DNA of 40,199 bases from a virus. The DNA lies in IMG/VR virus record IMGVR_UViG_3300045988_042083, positions 1-40,199 of that record; one strand, 5' to 3'. The notes beneath the pieces were generated by a model. The model saw only the letters and a list, made by a program, of their open reading frames with translations, did no database searches and was not told the origin of the DNA. The first letter of the stretch is position 1; every line of letters starts with the position of its first letter. The translations under genes were made by a program, and so were the position numbers. This document shows positions 24,752 to 33,221 of this stretch, one piece after another.

Positions 24752-25369
24752 TTGAGCATAAAGCAAAGATGTGAAGTGAAGCCTTGTTCATATGACGATG
24801 TTAAGCCATTTATACTCAACGTCCATTATGCACACACTATGCCTACTTCTATAATGTATCGGTATGGGTTGTACGACTGTGATAGATTGGTGGGAGTGGT
24901 TACATATGGCAGAACCGCAGCGCCCGCTCCAAGTGTCGGAATGTTTGGGAAGCAGGAAAAGCATCGCGTGATAGAGCTTAATCGGTTGGTTTTATTGCCC
25001 GAATACAACGGCGACAACTATACGTCTTACTTAGTGAGTCATTCGTTGAAGATGTTGCCACGGGGGCTTGGCGTTATTTCTTATGCTGATTTAGGCGGTC
25101 AGGGTCACACAGGTGGTATTTACAGGGCATGCAACTTTCTGTACACCGGAACTACCAAACCGCGCACTGATGCCGCTAGCGTAAGCGGGGGTCATGCTAG
25201 ACATTACCAAGGTGATTTAACTAAGCGTCAATTAAGAACTGCCAAGTGCAGGTATGTAACGTTCACTGGTACAAAAAGGGATAAACGAATGTTGAGAAAG
25301 ATGCTTAGGTGGGAAGTGAAACGGTACACCCCAAATGAAAGGACGAACCATGATAACAGTAGTCGGTGA
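24752..25369 (+). CDS. Mom-like (adenine-N6 acyl-modification family) protein; tentative.
   Basis: PFILNVHYAHTMP, VIELNRLVLL, VISYADLGGQGHTGGIYRACNFLYTG. This matches my recollection of the pattern annotated as the Mom family. TTG start. Confidence 0.45.
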   Translation: MSIKQRCEVKPCSYDDVKPFILNVHYAHTMPTSIMYRYGLYDCDRLVGVVTYGRTAAPAPSVGMFGKQEKHRVIELNRLVLLPEYNGDNYTSYLVSHSLKMLPRGLGVISYADLGGQGHTGGIYRACNFLYTGTTKPRTDAASVSGGHARHYQGDLTKRQLRTAKCRYVTFTGTKRDKRMLRKMLRWEVKRYTPNERTNHDNSSR

Positions 25370-25766
25370 GCGTGCACCAACAAGCAAAGACAAATTATCG
25401 AAGCCCAAGGAGCTTAAGGGTGTTAAACCCCTGTTTTCGGTAAAATGGGGTGGCATAACAACATGCCAGGTGTCTGTGAAAGACACTGACGTATGGGTAA
25501 ACCATCATGACTGGTGCAGTGTTTCATTTTACGGTGGTACAGTAAAATCCAACCACCATTACGGATACAGCGATGCTTTTACAGCACCGACTGTTAAGGG
25601 TGATGCGTGGATAAAGTTGACGGGCTTGCTAAACATGCGACCTGTCGAAGCGTTGAGAATGGTAACAATAGAAACCGAACTTAGCGATGACAGCAGATTT
25701 TGTTGTGACGATACACGTATGTTTGAAGATGTTATATCCAAATTGCACAAGGAGGGATATATGTGA
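25350..25766 (+). CDS. 138-aa hypothetical protein.
   Basis: ATG 25350 follows AAAGGA. ATG 25335 is an alternative start. Confidence 0.55.
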   Translation: MITVVGERAPTSKDKLSKPKELKGVKPLFSVKWGGITTCQVSVKDTDVWVNHHDWCSVSFYGGTVKSNHHYGYSDAFTAPTVKGDAWIKLTGLLNMRPVEALRMVTIETELSDDSRFCCDDTRMFEDVISKLHKEGYM

Positions 25767-26191
25767 TGGATACATCATTACTCCACTATTGGGTTGAGGT
25801 TTTGGGGCTTGAGTCGTGGACTATCAAGTTGGTGGTGGATTGCAGCCCTAACGACATGACGCTGGCAAACGTAGCTGGTGAGGCAGAGTGGGACGCGACC
25901 AGCAGGTCAGCAATTATTCGAATTCTTGACCCCAAGGATTATGGCGACAGAATAGTGCCGTTTGACCCGGAAAAGACCTTAGTACACGAGTTACTGCATC
26001 TGAAATTCGCCATGCTTGACGAAAGCGGTGATAACCTTAGAGATAGGTTAACCCACCAAATAATTGACGATTTAGCCAAGGCATTGGTGAGAGCGAAGAG
26101 AGATGCTTCTCCCGGAGAAAAGAAGAGTTATCTTGTAGTAGACGGTGTTGCGAAGAAACCTACAAAGGAGGATTCCGATGAAGTACATTGA
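25766..26191 (+). CDS. HEXXH-motif protein (putative SprT-like zinc metallopeptidase fold, 141 aa).
   Basis: TLVHELLHLKF. TGATG start overlap after AAGGAGGG. Confidence 0.5.
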   Translation: MDTSLLHYWVEVLGLESWTIKLVVDCSPNDMTLANVAGEAEWDATSRSAIIRILDPKDYGDRIVPFDPEKTLVHELLHLKFAMLDESGDNLRDRLTHQIIDDLAKALVRAKRDASPGEKKSYLVVDGVAKKPTKEDSDEVH

Positions 26192-26369
26192 GCCGGGTTG
26201 CTTGTATTGTAGCAAATGCATCTTGGTTACGCCAGTACACGGGTATGGTGATGCACCGTATTACAAATGCAGCGATGACAGAAATCCCGAAGAATGCGAA
26301 GTGTGCAAACACAACATCAACAAGAATTGCGCGAAAGGAAATACAAAGCATGAGATACATGGGCGGTAA
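26178..26369 (+). CDS. 63-aa Cys-rich (zinc-binding-like) protein.
   Basis: RBS AAAGGAGG. CLYCSKC...YYKCSDD...CEVCKHNINKNC. Confidence 0.55.
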   Translation: MKYIEPGCLYCSKCILVTPVHGYGDAPYYKCSDDRNPEECEVCKHNINKNCAKGNTKHEIHGR

Positions 26370-27098
26370 GTTTAGACAGAGCAAGGCGATAGTACAATGT
26401 TTAAGACCATATTTCAACGAAAACACAATGTATGTTGAGCCGTTCTGTGGTGGAATGTGGTCTGCATGTCGTGTAATTGACGAATTGCATCCGAAGTCTG
26501 TTATTCTTAACGACATTAATAAACCGTTAATGTTGCTGTGGGATAAATGTATAAAGGACGGTGTAGATTGGTTACCCACGGATTCTGAAGTTGTGGAGCG
26601 CGAGTATCAGAATTATCGGTTGGTGCAAGACGAAAACGACCCGTTAACTGCATGGTATGGCATAGCACTATCTTTCGGCGGTAAGTGGTTTGGTGGTGTC
26701 GCGCGAAACTCAAAAGATGACCACACACACACGGGTATATTGCAGAACGCAAGTCTGTGTATAAGAAAGTCGATGCGTTAGCACGAGCGACTCCGAAACT
26801 TGTGAATGTAAGTTATGAACATCTGGACATACCGGACGGCGCAGTGGTATACTGCGACCCACCATACGCCGGGCGGACTAAGGCACACCATTTTGATAGC
26901 TGGGACGATGACGCTTTTTGGCAGTGGGTGCGCGACCTGTCAATGCGGTGTACAGTTTTTGTGTCGTGCTTCAACTGTCCGCCCGATTTTGAAACGGTGT
27001 ATAGCTGGGGCGATACGGTGGTGGGGCATCTGAACAGCAGAGGAACAGACGGTACATGTGAAAGGTTGGTGAGATATGATGCCGCTGAAAAAAGGTAA
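26350..27098 (+). pseudogene. dam: Dam-like N6-adenine DNA methyltransferase split by a frameshift inside a (CA)5 tract.
   Basis: N-terminal MRYMGGKFRQ...VEPFCGG (26350-26781). C-terminal ...VVYCDPPYAGRT... (frame of 26757-27098). Removing one CA unit fuses both frames into a 248-aa ORF. Confidence 0.75.
26722..26732 (+). repeat. Dinucleotide tract C(AC)5 at the Dam frameshift point.
   Basis: gatgacCACACACACACggg. Confidence 0.9.
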
Positions 27099-27222
27099 AT
27101 CACAGAAGACAATCTCCAGTAACATTGCCACTCTCCGCAAAGAGGGCAAGCCCGAAAAACAGGCTATCGCCATTGCTATGAGCAAGGCGGGTAAATCCAA
27201 AAAGAAGAAAGGTGGAAAATGA
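27076..27222 (+). CDS. 48-aa lysine-rich protein.
   Basis: [48 protein letters not shown]. Its stop abuts the next ATG. Confidence 0.5.
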   Translation: MMPLKKGKSQKTISSNIATLRKEGKPEKQAIAIAMSKAGKSKKKKGGK

Positions 27223-28365
27223 ATGGCAAAGAATACTAAATGTTTATTCCCGGACGGTGTAAGCACAGAGGGTATGGTAAGCGTGTCCCAGTTGCAGACA
27301 TTCATGAGCTGCCCCAAGAAATGGACGTACAACTATGTCGAGAATTTAACACCAAGGGTAGAACGCCCGTATCTGTCTATCGGAAAGCTCTGTCACAAGG
27401 GTATGGAAACTGCCATGCGGTGTAAGTGGGTACACGAGCATGCAATACATAAGGACATGTCTGATTTTACGCATATGTTCTATGTGGACGTGTTGAACGA
27501 GGCTCTCCTTGCTATGGAGAAAGAGTGGCACGAATATATGGATAGCAATTGCTTCTTACAGGAAGAGTTACCAGCACAGGAACAGATACTTGCTGACGCT
27601 ATACAGGTGTTCAAACAGGCTTTCTGGGAGTTCGGCTTCGAAAAATACGAAGTAGTGACCCTGTATAAAGATGGTAAGGCAATTCCCGCTTTGGAGCTGC
27701 ACTTCAAAATACCCTGTCCCGGCAGTAAGGGTCTGCATGGTTATATTGACGCGATACTCCGGGACAAAGAAACGGGGCAGGTTTGGTGTACTGATTACAA
27801 GTTCCGAAAGAGCCTTTCGCCGGACGAGGACGAAGCCTTTAACATACAGAATGCTGTGTACACCAGAGCGTGTGCAAAGATGGGTATACCCATTACAGGC
27901 ACTATGACGTGGCAGCATGTCAATACGCCAGCCGCAGACCCCGCACAGCTGAAAAACGGCGCGTTCAGCCGTGCAAAAATCAAGACTACATGGGAACATT
28001 ATGCAGAAGTTGTGACAGCGGCTGGCGGTGACCCCAACGAATACGAGGAAGAAATGAAGCCAAAGTTGGCTGACATTGAATGGTTCAGACCGACCTACGA
28101 GTACCGCAATCCCGCCACTATTGACAGGATTTGGGAGCAGTCGATAGTTCCTGCAAGCTGGGCAATTAGGAGGTCATATAATAACCCCCGTAATCCTCGG
28201 TTTATTTACCCTTGGAATTGTAAAATGTGTCAGTACGGCAATCTGTGCCAAGCCGAATTACGCGGTCACGATGCTGATTTTCTTAGAAGCACCGAGTACA
28301 CCAAGCGTACCACCAGAAGAGCCGACAGCCCCAACAACGACACAACTGCAGCACCCGCGACTTAA
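27223..28365 (+). CDS. PD-(D/E)XK exonuclease, Cas4/RecB-like, with Cys ligands for an Fe-S cluster.
   Basis: SCPKKW N-terminal Cys. GYIDAILRD...WCTDYKF. C-terminal CKMCQYGNLC. Confidence 0.8.
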   Translation: MAKNTKCLFPDGVSTEGMVSVSQLQTFMSCPKKWTYNYVENLTPRVERPYLSIGKLCHKGMETAMRCKWVHEHAIHKDMSDFTHMFYVDVLNEALLAMEKEWHEYMDSNCFLQEELPAQEQILADAIQVFKQAFWEFGFEKYEVVTLYKDGKAIPALELHFKIPCPGSKGLHGYIDAILRDKETGQVWCTDYKFRKSLSPDEDEAFNIQNAVYTRACAKMGIPITGTMTWQHVNTPAADPAQLKNGAFSRAKIKTTWEHYAEVVTAAGGDPNEYEEEMKPKLADIEWFRPTYEYRNPATIDRIWEQSIVPASWAIRRSYNNPRNPRFIYPWNCKMCQYGNLCQAELRGHDADFLRSTEYTKRTTRRADSPNNDTTAAPAT

Positions 28366-28392
28366 GAGAAGCCTCTTCTTTGCGCTCCGTTG
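28365..28392 (-). repeat. Dispersed motif copy (type II); left arm of the 28381-28454 long hairpin.
   Basis: Minus strand reads CAACGGAGCGCAAAGAAGAGGCTTCTCT. Confidence 0.75.
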
Positions 28393-28442
28393 GGTATTCA
28401 GCACGTGGGTGGTATTCGTGCCCGTCCATGGGGCTGATATGG

Positions 28443-28489
28443 CAACGGAGCGCAGAGGAAACGCCAAGGAAAGCAAGAGAGAACTCGCC
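28443..28489 (+). repeat. Two adjacent dispersed motif copies (type I).
   Basis: CAACGGAGCGCAGAGGAAACGCC, then CAAGGAAAGCAAGAGAGAACTCGCC. Confidence 0.75.
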
Positions 28490-28552
28490 CTTATATGTAG
28501 ATGGTGAACGAAGCGTTCACCGTTGCTCATATGGGTGATGTCAATAAACCAC

Positions 28553-28582
28553 TTGACAGGAATAAACCTCATGTGGTATAAT
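28553..28582 (+). promoter_or_regulatory. Promoter P4: TTGACA-N18-TGgTATAAT. A ~50-nt duplicate of P2.
   Basis: CAATAAACCACTTGACAggaataaacctcatgTGGTATAATGGTAGTGGAG. Confidence 0.8.
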
Positions 28583-28603
28583 GGTAGTGGAGGAGGTGAT
28601 AGC

Positions 28604-29161
28604 ATGACAAGCAAGGAGGAATTTAAATCCATCGCGGAACTTATTCACCGCGATGGTATTACCGATTTGATGAAGTGGATTGAGGGCACGGATTTCTACA
28701 CTGCACCAGCATCGACCCGGTTTCATGGGGCGTATGAGGGTGGACTTGTAGAGCATTGCGTAGCAGTGTACCGCCGTCTGGACGAGTTGAATGACTTCTA
28801 TGACGAGGTAAACGCAACTCCCGAAACCATTGCAATTGTGGCGCTGTTTCACGATTTGTGCAAAATTGGGACGTATAAGACCGAAATGCGCTGGCGAAAG
28901 GACGCGAACAACCAGTGGGAGCAATACCCCACTTACAAGCGCGATGAAGATTTCAAGTTTGGTGGTCACGGTTCGAAATCGCTTTATCTGGTGCAGAACT
29001 TCATCAAGTTGACCCCCGAAGAGGCTATTGCGATTAACTGCCACATGGGGCAGTGGGACGCGACTACATACAGCGATGTTTCTTCGGCGTTCGAAAGTTG
29101 CCCGTTGGCATGGGCATTACATGTGGCTGACGAAGCCGCAAGCTACCTTGATAAAACATAA
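28604..29161 (+). CDS. HD-domain phosphohydrolase (185 aa). Candidate dATP-clearing enzyme (DatZ analogue).
   Basis: STRFHGAYEGGLVEH, ALFHDLCK, GGHGSKS, LHVADEAAS. ATG follows GGAGGAGGTGATAGC. Confidence 0.7.
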   Translation: MTSKEEFKSIAELIHRDGITDLMKWIEGTDFYTAPASTRFHGAYEGGLVEHCVAVYRRLDELNDFYDEVNATPETIAIVALFHDLCKIGTYKTEMRWRKDANNQWEQYPTYKRDEDFKFGGHGSKSLYLVQNFIKLTPEEAIAINCHMGQWDATTYSDVSSAFESCPLAWALHVADEAASYLDKT

Positions 29162-29173
29162 GGAGGTGTAATT

Positions 29174-29428
29174 ATGGAAAACAACGTCATAGGTGCAAAG
29201 ACCTGCCACGTATGCAAGCGGAGTTTCCCGCTCATTTTCGAAAGACATTACGTGGTAAGAGATGTAACGACATCTGGGCTGGTTGCCACGTTCGGCAATT
29301 CCGAACCGCAGATACACGATGCTTTTGACTGCCCGCATTGCGGCTGTCAGAACATAGTGGGTGACCGTCTGAGAGAGTACGACCCCAATGCACAGCAGAA
29401 TGACCCCGGAGAGGAGGACAACGCATGA
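29174..29428 (+). CDS. 84-aa zinc-ribbon protein.
   Basis: CHVCKRSF...CPHCGCQN. RBS AGGAGGTG. Confidence 0.6.
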   Translation: MENNVIGAKTCHVCKRSFPLIFERHYVVRDVTTSGLVATFGNSEPQIHDAFDCPHCGCQNIVGDRLREYDPNAQQNDPGEEDNA

Positions 29429-29571
29429 GAAAGCTAAGAAGAAAAATCGCGCACTACAAAATGCAGCGAGAGGGTATTCAGCACCCGAACCGTAAGCAGA
29501 CAGTGTACAGGCACGGGCAGTTTGCGGGGTACACAGATTCCTATTTCGCACAGCACTGGAGGGAGTATTGA
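29425..29571 (+). CDS. 48-aa basic hypothetical protein.
   Basis: ATGA overlap upstream and TGATG overlap downstream. MRKLRRKIAHYKMQREGIQHPNRKQTVYRHGQFAGYTDSYFAQHWREY. Confidence 0.45.
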   Translation: MRKLRRKIAHYKMQREGIQHPNRKQTVYRHGQFAGYTDSYFAQHWREY

Positions 29572-30347
29572 TGGCTGGATACAGAATTACACAGGACATC
29601 TTCACGTCTAAGGTGAACATTCTGATTTATGGCGACCCCGGTGCGGGTAAAACCCATCTTGCGGGTACGGCGCAGGACGTGCCGGAAATGCAGAATGTGC
29701 ATTTCTTCAACATTGATGGCGGTCTGATGACGCTTGCGTCAAGAAATGGCGATATCACAGCAACGGATATTCACAGCGTTGGAGAACTGGAAGCCGAATT
29801 TCTGAAGATTGCTAACCACGACCCCGAATACGAGGGCATAAAAACAGTGGTTATCGATAACATTTCAGAGCTTCAGACGCTGGCTCTTGAAGAGGCTACG
29901 ACCCGCGAATATGCAAGTCGCGTCAAGAAAGACAAAAACTACACCATAGACGAAGTATTTCTGGAGGATTATGGTGTGGCGGGCAAAAAGCTTGCACGTA
30001 TCCTTAGGGGCTTCAGAGATTTGCCGCTGAACGTCATCTATTTGGCGCACAAAAAGGACAAAATGCGCAAGGGTACGAACACCCTTGAAGCGACCTTGCC
30101 GAATTTGACCGACAAGCTTGCCACAGCGGTGTGCGGCTACATGGACATAGTGGGATACCTTTATACAGCTGACGAACAGGTTGAACACAACGGGCAGTAC
30201 ACCACCGTAATGCACAGATACCTACTGACACAACCGATGAATAATTACACCGCGAAGGTGCGCAATGATAAAGTTGCTGAACGCCTCGGTGCTTTTGTAA
30301 AAGACCCAACATTCACTGACATATTCAATGCCTATAAAGGCGTGTAA
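29571..30347 (+). CDS. AAA_24 / Sak4-like RecA-fold ATPase.
   Basis: Walker A ILIYGDPGAGKTHLA, Walker B VVIDNISEL. Confidence 0.75.
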   Translation: MAGYRITQDIFTSKVNILIYGDPGAGKTHLAGTAQDVPEMQNVHFFNIDGGLMTLASRNGDITATDIHSVGELEAEFLKIANHDPEYEGIKTVVIDNISELQTLALEEATTREYASRVKKDKNYTIDEVFLEDYGVAGKKLARILRGFRDLPLNVIYLAHKKDKMRKGTNTLEATLPNLTDKLATAVCGYMDIVGYLYTADEQVEHNGQYTTVMHRYLLTQPMNNYTAKVRNDKVAERLGAFVKDPTFTDIFNAYKGV

Positions 30348-30362
30348 TCAAGGAGGACAAAT

Positions 30363-30884
30363 ATGAATAACCCGTTTATGAACAACACAGCAAACTCTAC
30401 CCCCGCTCCCGTGCCTAACACCGGAGCACCGATGCCCGGTGCGGTCAACGATATGAACGCAGGTTTCGAAGTCGACCTCACCAACGTACAGGAATCTGCA
30501 TACGCTATCCCGGACGGTGTTTACAAGGCTAAATGCGTAGACGTAACGCAGGACGTATCGAAGAGCGGCAACCCGATGTTCACTTGGGAGTTCGAAATCG
30601 CCGAGGGTGACTACAGAGGCAAGACTTTCAAGAGTTGGACTGCTATCACCCCCGCTGCAATGTGGAAAGTTGCTGAAACAGTGCAGGCTCTCGGCGTGGG
30701 TCAGACCGGACAGGTGGTTAAATTTAAAAAGGGCGATGTGGTAAACAAGCTTTGCGGTATCGTCATGGAGCAGGACGAGTACAACGGCAGAGCCACATCT
30801 AAGATTACTAGAGTAATCTCCCTTGAAGAGATGGCAAACATGGCGAACACAACGAACGCCTCAAATCCTGTTGCACCCCGGTGA
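30363..30884 (+). CDS. DUF669-like (ssDNA-binding-type) protein.
   Basis: IPDGVYKAKCVDV...SKSGNPMFTWEFEIAEGDYRGKTF. Canonical position after AAA_24. Confidence 0.65.
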   Translation: MNNPFMNNTANSTPAPVPNTGAPMPGAVNDMNAGFEVDLTNVQESAYAIPDGVYKAKCVDVTQDVSKSGNPMFTWEFEIAEGDYRGKTFKSWTAITPAAMWKVAETVQALGVGQTGQVVKFKKGDVVNKLCGIVMEQDEYNGRATSKITRVISLEEMANMANTTNASNPVAPR

Positions 30885-30890
30885 TAAAGT

Positions 30891-32660
30891 ATGCTGGTAA
30901 ACACAATAGAGGGGCTTGAACATGTGATGCCCCGGCTGTTAGCTTGCACCGACCCTTGCGTGGATACCGAAACTACTGGCTTGTCGATTTACGGCAACGC
31001 CAGTAGGGCGAGGGATAAAGTTATCGGCATCTCGGTTGACGTTGGCGAAGAAGCTTTCTATTTTCCGTTTCGCCACCTACAGGGGGTAAATTTGCCGATG
31101 GGGTGTATGGAGTTCTTTCGCCCGTATCTTTCAGACCCTAATAGGACTTATGGCGGGTGGAATTACAATTACGACCTCCACATGATGGCTTTCGATGGTA
31201 TTGACATCGCGCCAAATTTTGAAGACGCGATGCTGGCTATGCACCTATTCAACGAGAATGAACCCGATTTCAAGCTAAAGCCAACTGCCGACAGATATCA
31301 CATCGGCGATGGTTCTTTGCAAGAGTCGATACTTGAGGACAAGGTGTTCAACGAGTGTCAGCGGCTGGGGCTGGAGTGCAGCAAATCACCAAGAGCACCG
31401 AACAACGTTAAATCTATGATGTACGTATTGCCCCCGGAGGACGTAGAACCTTATGCTTGTGATGACGTGCGGCTTACACGTCAAATCTTGGATTTGCTGC
31501 GACCCGCATTAAAGGAACAGGGGTTGTATGATATCTGGAAACAGGTTAACTACTATTCTTACATAGTCACGTTGATGGAACATCGCGGTATGCATGTTGA
31601 TGTTGACATGATAAAGCGATACCAGATAGAAGCAGTAGACCACCTCGCGGACGCGCAGAAGCGGCTGAATGAAGCGGCTGGGTTTGAGTTAAACCCAAAT
31701 AGTTCAAAAAAGGTTTGTGAATTTCTAGGCGTGGAATCATCAGCGGCTGAAAAGCTTGTGGAGGTGATAGACGCGGGTGGGAAAGATGCCGAAAATGCTA
31801 AATTGGTGCAGGAAGCTAGAGGTTGGAAATCAGTGGACAGCAGGTATTACACACCTTATCTCCAGTTGATTGACGAACACGACACGCTCCACTGTTCGCT
31901 GAACTTAATCGGTACGTACACCGGACGGTTATCATGCACCAACCCGAACCTGCAAGCAGTGGCGAAGCATACAGATATCTTCAAAGTCAAGGACGTGTTC
32001 ACAGCACGACCCGGTTTTACAATGATACAGGCGGACTACAAGCAAGCGGAAATGCGTCTTGTGACGCATTACACCAAAGACCCCATCATGAAAGAACTAA
32101 TCGAATCTGACGCGGATTTGCACTCGGCAACGGCTGAAAGGCTGAATATACCGCGAAATGCAGCTAAGCGCATTAACTTCTCCGTTATATACGGCATCGG
32201 GTACAAACACCTTGCCAGCAATCTTCGGGTAGAAGAGAGCGTAGCCAAGGATTATCTCGATAAGTACCACAATCTCTACCCCGGCTTTAAGAAGCTCATG
32301 TACAAATGTGAAGACTTCGCCAAAGCTAATGGGTATATTAGGCTGTGGACGGGACGAATGCGGCATTTCAACACGCCGGAGTGCGACCCCCATAAGGCAA
32401 TGTCAAACTTAATACAGGGCGGCGTTGCTGAAATTGTCCGCGTGGCAATATCCAGACTTTATCCCGCTATTCGGGATATTGGAGGGAACATGCTACTGCA
32501 GGTTCACGACTCAATCATCTTTGAAGTACCCGATGATAAACTCCAGATAGCCTTACCGACCATTAAGATGGTTATGGAGGATTATGACTTCGACCCCAAA
32601 CCCGGTGTCGATATCGAATATGGCAAATCATGGGGTACATTCGAAAAGTGGAAGCCATAA
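30891..32660 (+). CDS. Family-A DNA polymerase with a 3'-5' exonuclease domain and no 5' nuclease domain (589 aa).
   Basis: ExoI VDTETTGL. Motif A ADYKQAEMRL. Motif B RNAAKRINFSVIYG. Motif C LQVHDSIIFE. Confidence 0.9.
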   Translation: MLVNTIEGLEHVMPRLLACTDPCVDTETTGLSIYGNASRARDKVIGISVDVGEEAFYFPFRHLQGVNLPMGCMEFFRPYLSDPNRTYGGWNYNYDLHMMAFDGIDIAPNFEDAMLAMHLFNENEPDFKLKPTADRYHIGDGSLQESILEDKVFNECQRLGLECSKSPRAPNNVKSMMYVLPPEDVEPYACDDVRLTRQILDLLRPALKEQGLYDIWKQVNYYSYIVTLMEHRGMHVDVDMIKRYQIEAVDHLADAQKRLNEAAGFELNPNSSKKVCEFLGVESSAAEKLVEVIDAGGKDAENAKLVQEARGWKSVDSRYYTPYLQLIDEHDTLHCSLNLIGTYTGRLSCTNPNLQAVAKHTDIFKVKDVFTARPGFTMIQADYKQAEMRLVTHYTKDPIMKELIESDADLHSATAERLNIPRNAAKRINFSVIYGIGYKHLASNLRVEESVAKDYLDKYHNLYPGFKKLMYKCEDFAKANGYIRLWTGRMRHFNTPECDPHKAMSNLIQGGVAEIVRVAISRLYPAIRDIGGNMLLQVHDSIIFEVPDDKLQIALPTIKMVMEDYDFDPKPGVDIEYGKSWGTFEKWKP

Positions 32661-32748
32661 CAGAATACACCTCCTGTCGCAGAGAGGGTATCTTCCTTGC
32701 ACAGGAGGGTATACATACGGGCTTACATACTCCCACAACACAGACGTG

Positions 32749-32779
32749 CAACGGAGCGCAAGAGAGATACCTCTCCGTG
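32749..32779 (+). repeat. Dispersed motif copy in the polA-HAD spacer, with its own ACGGAG/CTCCGT hairpin.
   Basis: CAACGGAGCGCAAGAGAGATACCTCTCCGTG. Confidence 0.75.
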
Positions 32780-32816
32780 CACGCGATGCCGGACACCTAT
32801 TAAGGAGGTGGTAACA

Positions 32817-33221
32817 TTGATTATAGCGGTGGATTTTGATGGTGTTCTCTGCGACCACCAATTTCCAAATATCGGTGCGCCGAAATACGAAGTCATCTCG
32901 TTGGTGCGGCAGCTGATTGACCTTAAGCAAGAGGTAGTTCTCTGGACATCGAGAACAGATGCCGAACTGCAAAATGCGGTAGATTGGTGTGACAATTACG
33001 GCTTACATTTTTGCGCCGTGAACGAGAACGCGCCAAGCAACATCGCCAAATATCGGGAGAAATACCCGAATGGAACACGAAAGGTATTTGCTGATGTTTA
33101 TGTTGATGACCATTCACTTGGCTACATAATCAACAGAAAAGCGGACACAACAAAAAGCATAACAGCACAGTTAAGTGCTCTTATAACAGTAATCAAATCG
33201 ACACAGGAGGAAAAGGTATGA
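32817..33221 (+). CDS. HAD-superfamily phosphatase-like protein (134 aa), possibly a deoxynucleotidase.
   Basis: TTG start after TAAGGAGGTGG. Motif I IAVDFDGVL, then VLWTSR and a YVDD-type motif. Its stop overlaps the purZ ATG. Confidence 0.55.
   Translation: MIIAVDFDGVLCDHQFPNIGAPKYEVISLVRQLIDLKQEVVLWTSRTDAELQNAVDWCDNYGLHFCAVNENAPSNIAKYREKYPNGTRKVFADVYVDDHSLGYIINRKADTTKSITAQLSALITVIKSTQEEKV

Noticed and set aside
26188-26349. The N-terminal 54 codons of the track ORF 26188-26781 as part of Dam.
   Set aside because: This stretch overlaps the Cys-rich gene 26178-26369 in another frame. Dam family proteins begin at the MRYMGGK motif, which has its own RBS at 26350.
28381-28454. The 74-nt hairpin considered as a tRNA (a suppressor tRNA would explain the amber codon at 21020).
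   Set aside because: The terminal stem is 12 bp. There is no D-arm or T-arm (no GTTCRANYC-like loop) and no cloverleaf can be drawn. No other tRNA-like sequence was seen in the intergenic regions.
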